Assembly: GCA_963809665.1 (NCBI GenBank)
Contig: CAWEKC010000004.1
Location: forward strand, 37,172 to 101,171
Source of the DNA: Candidatus Gottesmanbacteria bacterium
GTDB taxonomy: Bacteria > Patescibacteriota > Microgenomatia > UBA10105 > UBA927
Length of the DNA stretch: 64,000 nt
Reading direction: 5' to 3'
Below the pieces are notes generated by a model, which saw only the letters and a list, made by a program, of their open reading frames with translations, did not search any database and was not told the origin of the DNA. Shown here piece after piece: positions 37,660 to 46,831 of this stretch. How positions within the stretch are numbered: position 1 is the first letter of the stretch; each line of letters opens with the position of its first letter. The translations under genes and the position numbers were made by a program.

Positions 37660-38102
37660 TTCGGCCGGGCGGCCTTTTTCACAAGTTTCGCTACGTAAAT
37701 GATTTCCCGTACCTCCCCTTCATCGGTTTCGATTTCATTCGTCCCGCTCATACGCATATATTCCCGGAGATAATCGGAAAGCGCGCTGTCAAGCTCCCGT
37801 GTTTGTACGGACAAATCTTTCACTTTATCCGCCAATACTTTATTTGCAGGCAGCTGCATGATTTGATATTTGGTCAGTGCCTTCGTTTTTGCTGCTTTCT
37901 TTGCTTCCTCCGTGTGCAACCGGTAGGTTTCGTCATTTAACAAGGCGCTCTCAAGCATTTCTCGTTCTTTTTTGAGTTCCGCTTTGTTTTTGTCAATCAA
38001 CGATATATGATTTTTAATCGTCGTTTCTAGTTCTAGTAGTACGGTAGCACCGGTATCACTGGCCGTATCTACGATTTCAGCATCTATTGTTGGTTCTTCC
38101 AT
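37656..38102 (-). CDS. coiled-coil hypothetical protein, first gene of the minus-strand operon
   Basis: 148 aa, Glu/Lys-rich with heptad-like repeats. Overlaps the CofE-like gene by 4 nt. Confidence 0.5.
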   Translation of the reverse strand: MEEPTIDAEIVDTASDTGATVLLELETTIKNHISLIDKNKAELKKEREMLESALLNDETYRLHTEEAKKAAKTKALTKYQIMQLPANKVLADKVKDLSVQTRELDSALSDYLREYMRMSGTNEIETDEGEVREIIYVAKLVKKAARPK

Positions 38103-38164
38103 AGATACCCACTATACAAAGAAAGCGCAGGGTAAATCAAGGGGGAAATGATACAATAAGGGCG

Positions 38165-39378
38165 TTGAATATGAAAATAGCGATGATTTCGTACCATACA
38201 TGTCCGCTCGCATCCCTTGAGGGAAAGGAAACCGGCGGTATGAACGTGTATGTATTGGAGCTTTCCCGTGCTCTTGCCCGCAAGGGAAACCAGGTGGACG
38301 TGTACACGCGTTCACACGAACATAATGATGCTCTTGTCACAAGACCGGAAAAAAACCTGCGTGTCATGCACCTCCCTGCCGGGCCGCAAACCCAAATTCC
38401 CAAAAAAAAACTTCCGAATTATATTCCTGACTTTGTCCGGACATATGAGTCGTTTGTTAAAGGGGAGGGGATTACATACGACATAGTACACGCGCACTAT
38501 TACCTGTCCGGTCTGGTAGCAGTGGGCGCAAACGTACCGTTTATTATGCAGTTCCATACCCTCGGTCTTATGAAAAATCTCGTCGCGCGCGATACGCTTG
38601 AGCGTGAAAGCCAAAAGAGGATACGGTCCGAATTTATGCTTATTAAACGTTCCCTGGCAATCGCCGCCTCAAGCGAACGTGACCGCTTGTATATGGAATA
38701 CCTGTACGACGCACCGGGTGGAAAAATTACCGTTGTTTCGCCGGGTATTGATACAGAACTTTTCCACCCGATGGACAAAAATGCAGCCCGTGCGCATATA
38801 CACGCTGATCCGAAGCATAAAATAGTTCTATACGTAGGGACGTATCGAACCGCTCAAAGGAATAGACACGCTCGTGTATGCCATTAAAATTTTAACAAAA
38901 CAGCACCCGAATGAGACTATTTGCCTGTGGATCGTCGGCGGGGATATCTCGGAGGACAGCTCCCACTGGCCCAGAACACTCCGTGAACTTTCGAAACTGC
39001 AAAAAACGCTATCCTTGGCCACAAGCATCCGTTTTGTCGGCCGTCAGAAGCAAACGGAACTGCCGTACTATTACAACGCCGCGGATGTTGTTGTCATGCC
39101 CTCTCACTATGAATCGTTCGGGTTATCCGCCCTTGAGGCAATCGGGTGCGGTGTGCCGGTTATCACTACAAACGTTGCCGGTATATCGAGACTCATCAGC
39201 AACGAGTATGCCCCGTATATCGCCGCGTCAATAACCCGCTTCTCCTGGCATCTCAAATTCAGAAAGTACTTACCACCGGCCTTCCGTTACCGGAACAGAC
39301 ATAGATGTTTCCGAACACCGGTGGTCCAATGTGGCCGACCGTATGCTTTCGGTGTATAAATTTGATACAATACGGTAA
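38165..39378 (+). pseudogene. GT4-family glycosyltransferase (MshA-like), disrupted by several frameshifts
   Basis: The N-domain is ORF 38165..38887. The frame changes after VG (extra nt at 38840) into ...RIEPLKGIDTLVYAIKIL (ORF 38874..39359). The C-terminal ...FSW / SNVADRMLSVYKFDTIR* segments lie in two further frames and end at 39378. Confidence 0.7.
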
Positions 39379-39381
39379 GTC

Positions 39382-39455
39382 GCCCCCATCGTCTAGCGGC
39401 CTAGGACAGTGGGTTTTCAGCCCATTAATCTCCGGTTCGAATCCGGATGGGGGTA
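39382..39455 (+). tRNA. tRNA-Glu (anticodon UUC)
   Basis: A manual cloverleaf: acceptor GCCCCCA/TGGGGGT, D-arm GTCT...GGAC, anticodon stem GTGGG/CCCAT with loop TTTTCAG, and T-arm TCCGG-TTCGAAT-CCGGA. Confidence 0.85.
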
Positions 39456-39526
39456 CAACGCTTAGCCTCAATTTAGCATCAAAAATCGTCGTGCTTGTTG
39501 CTAAAAGCTCTATAAGCGTGTACTAT

Positions 39527-39839
39527 ATGAACATGAATTCATATAGTTGCTGCACCTACGACAAACAGGGGTTTAAACAAGTTACTTCATTATCCTCACT
39601 ACTGAAGATTGTCGGAGAAGAAAGCCGACTCAAAATATTATGTATTTTAAATGATGGTCAACACTGCGTCTGCGAAATAGAGGAACATGTAAGATCAATC
39701 TCAAAGTCTGATTTCCCATCACTTAAAAGATTTAAAAGATGCAGGGCTTATAAAGGATGAGAAAAAAGGGTTGCGGGTCCATTATTCGTTAACGGAACAA
39801 GGTAAAAAAATTACGACTCTGTTATTCAGCCTTAAATAG
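39527..39839 (+). CDS. ArsR/SmtB-family transcriptional regulator, with a +1 frameshift at nt 39692
   Basis: ...SLLKIVGEESRLKILCILNDGQHCVCEIEEHV in one frame continues as DQSQSLISHHLKDLKDAGLIKDEKKGLRVHYSLTEQG in the next. The upstream part of ORF 39305..39760 is read-through across the tRNA and is not coding. Confidence 0.7.
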
Positions 39840-39850
39840 AAAGGGGAATT

Positions 39851-40102
39851 ATGAAAATTCAAGTTCTAGGTTCGGGTTGTTCTACGTGCGCAAGACTTAA
39901 CGAAATTACACAAAAAGCGGTGAATGAAATGGGTTTTGATACCAAGGTCGAATATATAACCGGAGATCAAGGAATGAAAAAAATCATTGAGCTCGGCGCC
40001 ATGGCAAGTCCGCTATTGGTGGTAAATGATGAAGTCGCAATGATGGGATTCACTCCCGATATCGAACGTATTAAGGAAAAGATTAGGGAACATATTAAAT
40101 AG
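39851..40102 (+). CDS. thioredoxin-family small redox protein (redox-active disulfide protein 2-like)
   Basis: 83 aa with a GCSTC CxxC motif near the N-terminus. Such proteins commonly accompany ArsR and a permease. Confidence 0.65.
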   Translation: MKIQVLGSGCSTCARLNEITQKAVNEMGFDTKVEYITGDQGMKKIIELGAMASPLLVVNDEVAMMGFTPDIERIKEKIREHIK

Positions 40103-40111
40103 CAATAACGT

Positions 40112-40537
40112 ATGGATTTATTTTTACCAGCTCAGCGTTTAGCTGATATCGCAACCTATAGCTGGTTTGGTATTGGCAAAGGTACGTATTTGGGAGATGC
40201 GGTCAACTTTTTTATAAACGATTCCGTCAAAATCGGGATACTACTCGTCGTCATTAACTATGTCATGGCAATAACCCGTTACTATTTCCCGATGGAAAAG
40301 GTGCGGGATTTGCTGACAAAACGCCGTTGGTTTGGGCTGGATTATCTTTTTGCTGCTTTCTTGGGGGTAATAACTCCGTTTTGCTCATGTTCATCAATTC
40401 CTTTGTTTATCGGATTTTTGAGTGCAGGAATTCCCCTTGGAATAACATTCGCATTTCTTATCAGTTCCCCTCTTGTTAACGAGGCATCACTTTTCCTGTT
40501 TCCGGCACTATTTGGGATAAAAATTACAGTCTTGTAG
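40112..40537 (+). pseudogene. N-terminal fragment of a CxC-motif permease (DUF318/ArsP-like), truncated
   Basis: 141 aa covering only the first repeat (TPFCSCSSIPLF) of what is normally a ~300-350 aa two-repeat permease. It ends in AT-rich non-coding DNA. Confidence 0.5.
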
Positions 40538-40840
40538 AAGTACCTGTTATTGTATATCTTAAATATAATACAAGTTCTATTGACCAATATAATCTATTTC
40601 TTAGCCATGTATATAAATATGAGATGCTAATAGGTCCGCATATTGCACTATATCTAAAAGGACAATAATACGCAGTCTTAAAAACAAATATTTCCAGTAT
40701 AATTCCAACAAGGTAATACAAAATAATAAGTAAAAGAATCCAATATATTATTTTTATAAAACGCTGGAATGATAACATATATTAATTATTTATTAATTTC
40801 CCATAAATATCAATATCTATACCCTGCAGGCGAGCAAAAT

Positions 40841-40918
40841 CTCATATTCACAAACTTCGAACTAACATCAGACTAAAAATAGCCTCGTAACCCGCGAGTA
40901 TCTGTTCGAAATCGTGTA
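40841..40918 (+). repeat. 78-nt direct repeat, copy 1
   Basis: ctcatattcacaaacttcgaacta...aaaatagcctcgtaacccgcgagtatctgttcgaaatcgtgta; about 85% identical to copy 2. Confidence 0.75.
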
Positions 40919-40958
40919 GTATGGGGGTACAATTTAACCTTAATTTAGCCTCAAAATT
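40900..40958 (+). repeat. degenerate duplicate of the tRNA-Glu 3' half plus its downstream flank (attR-like)
   Basis: ...tctgttcgaaatcgtgtagtaTGGGGGTACAAtttaaccttaatttagcctcaaaatt parallels the genuine ...ccggttcgaatccggaTGGGGGTACAAcgcttagcctcaatttagcatcaaaaat at 39431-39485. Confidence 0.6.
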
Positions 40959-41006
40959 GATTTCTTTTTGAATTGAGAGGACAATGTATTTGTAAGAAGA
41001 TATTTT

Positions 41007-41204
41007 ATGGAACTCACAACAAGATTTATCATTTTTGTTGCAATTATTATATCCGTTAATAATTTTGTGTTGTTTTATGCTATCCGGAACAAGGGGATAC
41101 ATTCAAAAATACCCTCGCTTGGCATGTTAGTATTTTTGATTAGTCTTATTGAAATAGTGGCAATTGGAATATATATTTATATCCACTTAGGAAATAGATT
41201 CTAA
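41007..41204 (+). CDS. small two-TM hypothetical membrane protein
   Basis: A 65-aa hydrophobic, AT-rich ORF between the two 78-nt repeats. Confidence 0.3.
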   Translation: MELTTRFIIFVAIIISVNNFVLFYAIRNKGIHSKIPSLGMLVFLISLIEIVAIGIYIYIHLGNRF

Positions 41205-41244
41205 CGTCTCTCACTAGGCAAAACCATTATTGGTTCACTGTATA

Positions 41245-41322
41245 ACTCAAATTCACCAACTTCGAACTAAAATTTGGTTGAAAATAGCCTCGTAGCCGAT
41301 GAGTATCTGTTCGAAATCGTGT
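41245..41322 (+). repeat. 78-nt direct repeat, copy 2
   Basis: ctcaaattcaccaacttcgaacta...aaaatagcctcgtagccgatgagtatctgttcgaaatcgtgta; 404 nt downstream of copy 1. Confidence 0.75.
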
Positions 41323-41351
41323 AAAATAGAAGTAGAATAAAGTATCTTGAT

Positions 41352-41855
41352 ATGAAACCTCTTGAGACAGAAGAACGGATTGAGAAAGAGTTTCATGTAT
41401 CGTGGTATATCGTTGTCTACAAGCTTCTTTTCGGCGCCATGGAATTCCTTTTAGGAATAAGCATCACGTTGTTCGGGAAGTCGGCGCTTCATTGGTATCG
41501 CATAGTAGCAGTACAGGAACTTTCTGAGGATCCGCACGACGTACTAGTGCGTTTAACGGAACATGTCGTACCCAATATATTAACCCACAATACGTTCATA
41601 GCACTGTATCTCATCATTTTGGGTTCGGCAAAAATAGCCGGAGCAATCGGTTTAATGTACAAACAGTACTGGGGCGTGGATCTGCTTGTGGGACTAACGT
41701 TCATTATGCTTCCCTTTCAGCTTGTCCAGTTGGTGATGCATCCCTCAGTCCCAGATCTTCTTTATATTGTAACCGGGCTTCTGATCGCCCTGTATCTCGT
41801 CAATTTCCGCCCGCATGAATGGGCAAAACGAATAACAAAACATATTACTCATTGA
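41352..41855 (+). CDS. hypothetical integral membrane protein (4 TM)
   Basis: 167 aa with four hydrophobic helices. No catalytic motif. Confidence 0.55.
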   Translation: MKPLETEERIEKEFHVSWYIVVYKLLFGAMEFLLGISITLFGKSALHWYRIVAVQELSEDPHDVLVRLTEHVVPNILTHNTFIALYLIILGSAKIAGAIGLMYKQYWGVDLLVGLTFIMLPFQLVQLVMHPSVPDLLYIVTGLLIALYLVNFRPHEWAKRITKHITH

Positions 41856-43585
41856 TGCACTGAATACTGCAACACAAAGGATTGTAAGCCTAAAGGTACT
41901 GAAAACTTATACATTGATGGCAAATACGATGTATCTTCTCTGTCATGTACCTGTAAACCATTTAGTAGTATCGTAGATCCTTTTGGTTCTGTCGTCAGCG
42001 TATACCGCCCTGTAATGTACAGTGAAAATGTGTCGGACGGAATAGTAAATGCCGGTAATCCATGTAGATTATATTGGATACATTCGGATTGCCTGCAGAA
42101 AAACGTAACCCCAGGCGTGTAAATTTTAAACCACGGACTCAGAAGATAATGTGTGAGAATGAATTGAAGATCGTTGGCCTTGGGAGTCCAAAAAATATAC
42201 CCCTGTTGATCCAAAACAATATATTTAGTCTGCGTCCGAATGAGCGATTCAGTTAACGTTTCAGCATTGGGATATATTTTATCAATGACAGATGCATATA
42301 ACGGAAAGTTATACGTAAACCCGTTTAGACGGTACACATAAGAACCGACAAGATCAACAACCGGTTCATTTTTTGGAATATGTTCATGTACTTGCTTTAA
42401 TACTTCCAGCTGTTCGGTATCCGTAGGAATACTCCGTTCGAGATATTGAAGCAGAAAACTTATTGATATAAATCCGAGAAACAGTAACAGAGCGGTATAC
42501 TTTAATATAGGTCCAAAAAACTCATTCTCCTTTATTGACCTAATAAAAGTAAAAATAGATTCTAATGCATATGCTGCCGTAATTGAAAAAACCACAGACA
42601 AAGGAATGAAATATTGGACAAACGGACGTTCTAATATACCAAGAAAAACTAATGCAAATATCACAAACACCGCTATAAATATTCCGAACCGGCGGTTCTT
42701 AGCGATGACTAACGGTATTCCCGTCAAACCAAGCAGCCAGAAGCTTATCTGTATAATCCATGGCAATGATATCCCTCCGTTCTTGAGATATATGAGTGGC
42801 CAGGGGCCTAAAGCATTAAAAAAAGAAAATGAACTTCCTAAAGCATAATTATAGATAACTGATGTACGCATAATATCGTTCCATGCAACGAATAGTGCGT
42901 TATGTAGTATTAAATAAAAAATAAAGAGTACAAACGGAATCATGAAACCGGTAATAAAAGGCAGTATGTGTTCATTGATAAATTCATGTATATGTTTTTG
43001 CCGATACGTAGAAAAAATTAGATAGATAAGGGCAGGAAACGCATAAATCATTTTCAGTAATACGAGACAACTTGCCGAGATTAACATACCGGCAATAAAG
43101 AATTTTTTATGATCGTGTCTGTCAGATACGAACAGTAAATAGACGCCGGTAAAATAAAGGAGTGTCATGAGCGTGTCCGGTCGAATGTCAATTGTTTTAT
43201 CAAACGTCATCGGGAAAATTACAAAAATAAGGCAGGAAATTATTCCCAAAATACGATTCCGGGATAGTGCATACACGATCCTGTACAGGATATAGACGAG
43301 GGCAACGTATATACACCAGATTAATACTCTCATCACAAGTATAAGATACGGGCCCTCGGGAAGAATAAACACAATGGAAAATAGCCAGTGAAATAACGGA
43401 GTGAAAAAATAAAAAAAATCTTTATACGGTACTTCTCCCCTGAAAACAAGATACGCCCAGTTGGCATGAGCCATCTCGTCCGGGTCAAAAAAACGTTCAA
43501 ATCCAACGTGCAGTCTGCCGAATAATAGAACTACGAGTAATACAATGGGAATATATAACAAATATAACTTTTTAAACATATTCAT
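41849..43585 (-). CDS. GT-C fold membrane glycosyltransferase (GT39/ArnT-PMT-like)
   Basis: 578 aa with about 11 N-terminal TM helices, a DPDE motif in the first loop (FFDPDEMAHANW), and a C-terminal soluble domain. Confidence 0.65.
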   Translation of the reverse strand: MNMFKKLYLLYIPIVLLVVLLFGRLHVGFERFFDPDEMAHANWAYLVFRGEVPYKDFFYFFTPLFHWLFSIVFILPEGPYLILVMRVLIWCIYVALVYILYRIVYALSRNRILGIISCLIFVIFPMTFDKTIDIRPDTLMTLLYFTGVYLLFVSDRHDHKKFFIAGMLISASCLVLLKMIYAFPALIYLIFSTYRQKHIHEFINEHILPFITGFMIPFVLFIFYLILHNALFVAWNDIMRTSVIYNYALGSSFSFFNALGPWPLIYLKNGGISLPWIIQISFWLLGLTGIPLVIAKNRRFGIFIAVFVIFALVFLGILERPFVQYFIPLSVVFSITAAYALESIFTFIRSIKENEFFGPILKYTALLLFLGFISISFLLQYLERSIPTDTEQLEVLKQVHEHIPKNEPVVDLVGSYVYRLNGFTYNFPLYASVIDKIYPNAETLTESLIRTQTKYIVLDQQGYIFWTPKANDLQFILTHYLLSPWFKIYTPGVTFFCRQSECIQYNLHGLPAFTIPSDTFSLYITGRYTLTTEPKGSTILLNGLQVHDREDTSYLPSMYKFSVPLGLQSFVLQYSVHQ

Positions 43586-43715
43586 GGCAGAAAGTTCTCT
43601 GTAATACGGCCATAGTTGAGGGACAAAAGGATCGTAAAAACAGTGTTAAGAGGTATTTCGACTTTTCGCATACAACCATCATACCATGGTTTATTTGCAG
43701 TTTAATGAAGTGCTG

Positions 43716-44072
43716 TTATATCAGTTTCACGCTTTGCGTAAGCGTTGTTCCCCACCTGAGCATGCGGTTTGCCCAGGCGCTGTGGTTAGTAATACCTGCG
43801 CGGTACTCTTTTTCGAGCCGCCCGAATGAGTGATTGAATTTCTGAAAACCGGAATCAAAAGAGGGCGAAACGGGAAAACCCAACAGTGCATTGAGATTTT
43901 TACGGGTAAGCTTGAGGAATAACTCAATTCTCGGCTGTTCTTTGTCAAAACTTTTTTGCGCCCAGAGACCGATTTGCGTCAAATTATCGGCTGTATCCAT
44001 CAGGAGGTCACGTTCAGTTGCGGGAGAAAAATTACTGTGTGTTGAATTTTGAATTATATACATACTATACAC
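43716..44072 (-). CDS. hypothetical protein
   Basis: A 118-aa ORF between the GT39 and helicase genes on the same strand. Confidence 0.4.
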   Translation of the reverse strand: MYSMYIIQNSTHSNFSPATERDLLMDTADNLTQIGLWAQKSFDKEQPRIELFLKLTRKNLNALLGFPVSPSFDSGFQKFNHSFGRLEKEYRAGITNHSAWANRMLRWGTTLTQSVKLI

Positions 44073-44074
44073 GG

Positions 44075-45265
44075 CTACTCGATAAAGGTCAATGCCACGC
44101 CGCGCTTGCTTGCGCGTCCTGTGCGTCCGATGCGGTGAATGTAGTCATCCATGGTTTCCGGAAGATCATAGTTTATAACATGAGATACGTCCGGTATGTC
44201 CAGGCCGCGGCTTGCAACATCCGTCGCCAGTAAAATCTGGATTTCATTGTGGACAAACTGGTCCAACACATGTTGCCGCTGGCCCTGGCGTTTATTTCCA
44301 TGAATGGCACCGGTTTTGATACCGCGTTTGGCAAGTTCATCCGCTACTTTTTGCACCCCGTGCTTTGTCCTGCCGAAAACAAGCACTTTAGAGAACTCAC
44401 GCTTCTTCAGGAGTTCATGCAATGTATCCACTTTAGTCGCGTTACCTGAAACCCGTATAATATCCTGCGCGATTTGTGATTGCGTTGCTTCAGATTTCAG
44501 GAAAATGCGGAGCGGGTTTCGTACAAAATCTGCGAGTAGTTCCCCGGCTTTCCCGGAAATCGTCGCTGAAAAAAACAGCGACTGGCGCGCAATTGGCAAA
44601 AGGGAAATAAAATAGTTAATTTCCTTAATAAATCCAATATCTACCATCCTGTCCGCCTCATCAAGGACGACATTACGGAACCCGGACAGGCGGATGACTC
44701 TGTTTTCGATAAACTCTTTGAGTCTCCCGGGTGTGGCGATCACAAAATGCGGGTCATCCTGTATATCTCTTTTCTGGCGCCATTCGTTTGCACCTCCGAT
44801 AAGAAGGGCACTGCGGATAGAGAGTCCGCGGGCAAAATCCCTCAGTTCATTGTGAATCTGGAAAGCCAGCTCCCGCGTCGGCGCGACGACAAGCACCCGC
44901 TGTGCGCGGTCGGATGATACTTTTTGGACAAGAGGGATCAAAAAGGCAGCAGTTTTACCGGTGCCGGTATTGGAGACGCCGATAATATCTCGATTCCCCA
45001 ACACCGCGGGAATTACTTCAGTCTGGATAGGAGTTAAGGCGGAAAATCCTTTTGCCCGGATATTTTCATACAGCACCGGTGTGAGGTGAAAATCAGCAAA
45101 GGTGACAGTCGCAGCTGTCGTGCCTTCCATAGACCGCTCATTACCTGCAGTCTGCTTACTTTGGGCAATTGCAGCTAAGAGCAAATGCTTAGGCACGCTT
45201 TTTACGACCCGTGATTGGCCTCCTCTGAATCTGTTGAAATGATGAGACCGATTCGTATACTGCAT
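44075..45265 (-). CDS. DEAD-box ATP-dependent RNA helicase
   Basis: Q-motif (FADFHLTPVL...TPIQ), motif I (SNTGTGKT), motif II (DEAD), SAT, and C-terminal HRIGRTGR. The likely true start is Met46 (coordinate 45130). Confidence 0.9.
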   Translation of the reverse strand: MQYTNRSHHFNRFRGGQSRVVKSVPKHLLLAAIAQSKQTAGNERSMEGTTAATVTFADFHLTPVLYENIRAKGFSALTPIQTEVIPAVLGNRDIIGVSNTGTGKTAAFLIPLVQKVSSDRAQRVLVVAPTRELAFQIHNELRDFARGLSIRSALLIGGANEWRQKRDIQDDPHFVIATPGRLKEFIENRVIRLSGFRNVVLDEADRMVDIGFIKEINYFISLLPIARQSLFFSATISGKAGELLADFVRNPLRIFLKSEATQSQIAQDIIRVSGNATKVDTLHELLKKREFSKVLVFGRTKHGVQKVADELAKRGIKTGAIHGNKRQGQRQHVLDQFVHNEIQILLATDVASRGLDIPDVSHVINYDLPETMDDYIHRIGRTGRASKRGVALTFIE

Positions 45266-45517
45266 AGGCTGAAAATTTTAAAAAAATACAACTGCTTAAA
45301 AAATGAATATAGAACTGAAATGGGGAAAAGACGCGGATTTAAAAATTAACTTGAGGCGTTTTTTCTCTTACACTTCTTAGACCTAACTCTATTAAGCAGA
45401 TGTATTGTTTCAATACAACTGCATAAAGGATTATATCACATTGTGACGACGATAACAACAGACACGCTGCGATCCGATATTTGTAATGTGTGCGGCAATT
45501 ATATATGATCGTGTTCC

Positions 45518-46831
45518 ATGACAGAGGCAGCAGCCCAGATTATTGTTGTTTTACTTCTCATCGCATTGACCGCGTATTTTGCAGCTTCTGAATACGCTAT
45601 AGTCGCTGTACGTAAATCACGTATTGACGAGCTTGTTAAAAAGGGCGACACAATGGCAAAATTAATACAGAGGGCGCTTGAAAGGCGGGAAGATTATATA
45701 TTTACGACACAAATAGGGACTACAATTACCAGTTTGTTATTAGGCTGGATCGGCCAGCCGTTCCTCGCAAAATTTCTTCTGTCATTTGTAAGCTTTTTAC
45801 CTCAGGGCCACGCATTAGCGGTTGCAAATGCAGTTTCAGTTATTGTAGCCCTCATTTTACTTACTGTAATCGTTATCGTATTCGGTGAACTGCTGCCCAA
45901 AACGTTCACGCTTTATCATACCGAGATCGTATCGTATGCCATCATTACACCGCTTGTTGTACTCGTAAATCTTCTTAACCCGTTTGTGCGTTTATTACAT
46001 AAGTTTAACACCGTAATCCTACGGGTATTCGGTCTCAGTAAGGATAAAAACATACCGCCCGGCTATTCTAAGGAAGAAGTGGGTATTATTTTGGAACAAC
46101 TGCAGCAAACCGGTGACGTGAAAAAGGAGGGAATGGACATGTTGCATAACGTATTTTCACTTTCCGATAAAACCATAAAATCCATCATGACACCCCGCAC
46201 GGAAATTACTGCGCTTGAGGTTAGTGCAACACTATCGACCGTTCTTCTCCATGTAAATGAGTCGTACAGCAGGTATCCCGTATATAAAAAATCCCTCGAT
46301 AATCTCGTCGGATTTATCCATACGAAAGATGTCTACAAAAAGTTGGCCCTCGGCATGAAAGGGGATATCCCGTTGTCCAAAATGGCCATTATCCGTGACG
46401 TTATCAATATTCCTGAAACCAAACGGGTCGATAAAGTACTCCTGGATATGCGGAAAAAGCGCATTCATCTTGCCGCGGTGTACGATGAGTTCGGCGTCAT
46501 GGTCGGAATCGTCACGCTTGAAGATATTATTGAAACCCTTGTCGGGGACATCCAGGACGAATTCGATGTCCCGGTGAAAGGTATCCGGCGAAATGCTGAC
46601 GGCACGTACATGATCGAGGGCAATATGTCAGCGGAACATATTCAAAGGCGCTTTCGCCTTCCGATTAAAGGTCACGGGTACCGTACTATCGGCGGGGTAC
46701 TCTTCGGGTTACTCGGACGTGAGCCAAGGGTAGGAGATCAGCTTGAAATCGGCCACCTTATATTCGAAGTGATAGCGACGCAGGGCAAACGGATTACACG
46801 GGTGCGGCTAAAACGTCAGGTTAAAAAATAG
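45518..46831 (+). CDS. CNNM/CorC-HlyC family transporter (DUF21 membrane domain, CBS pair, CorC_HlyC)
   Basis: 437 aa with an N-terminal 4-TM DUF21 domain, two CBS motifs, and a C-terminal transporter-associated domain. Confidence 0.8.
   Translation: MTEAAAQIIVVLLLIALTAYFAASEYAIVAVRKSRIDELVKKGDTMAKLIQRALERREDYIFTTQIGTTITSLLLGWIGQPFLAKFLLSFVSFLPQGHALAVANAVSVIVALILLTVIVIVFGELLPKTFTLYHTEIVSYAIITPLVVLVNLLNPFVRLLHKFNTVILRVFGLSKDKNIPPGYSKEEVGIILEQLQQTGDVKKEGMDMLHNVFSLSDKTIKSIMTPRTEITALEVSATLSTVLLHVNESYSRYPVYKKSLDNLVGFIHTKDVYKKLALGMKGDIPLSKMAIIRDVINIPETKRVDKVLLDMRKKRIHLAAVYDEFGVMVGIVTLEDIIETLVGDIQDEFDVPVKGIRRNADGTYMIEGNMSAEHIQRRFRLPIKGHGYRTIGGVLFGLLGREPRVGDQLEIGHLIFEVIATQGKRITRVRLKRQVKK

Noticed and set aside
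39305-39526. The upstream two-thirds of ORF 39305-39760 (MFPNTGGPMWPTV...).
   Set aside because: It reads across the GT4 pseudogene tail and straight through tRNA-Glu. Only the segment from the ATG at 39527 is ArsR-like.
45131-45265. A 45-codon Arg-rich N-terminal extension of the DEAD-box helicase ORF.
   Set aside because: DEAD-box proteins normally begin a few residues before the Q-motif, and Met46 gives that spacing. The extension is probably untranslated leader, though it is kept inside the reported span because no RBS evidence is decisive.
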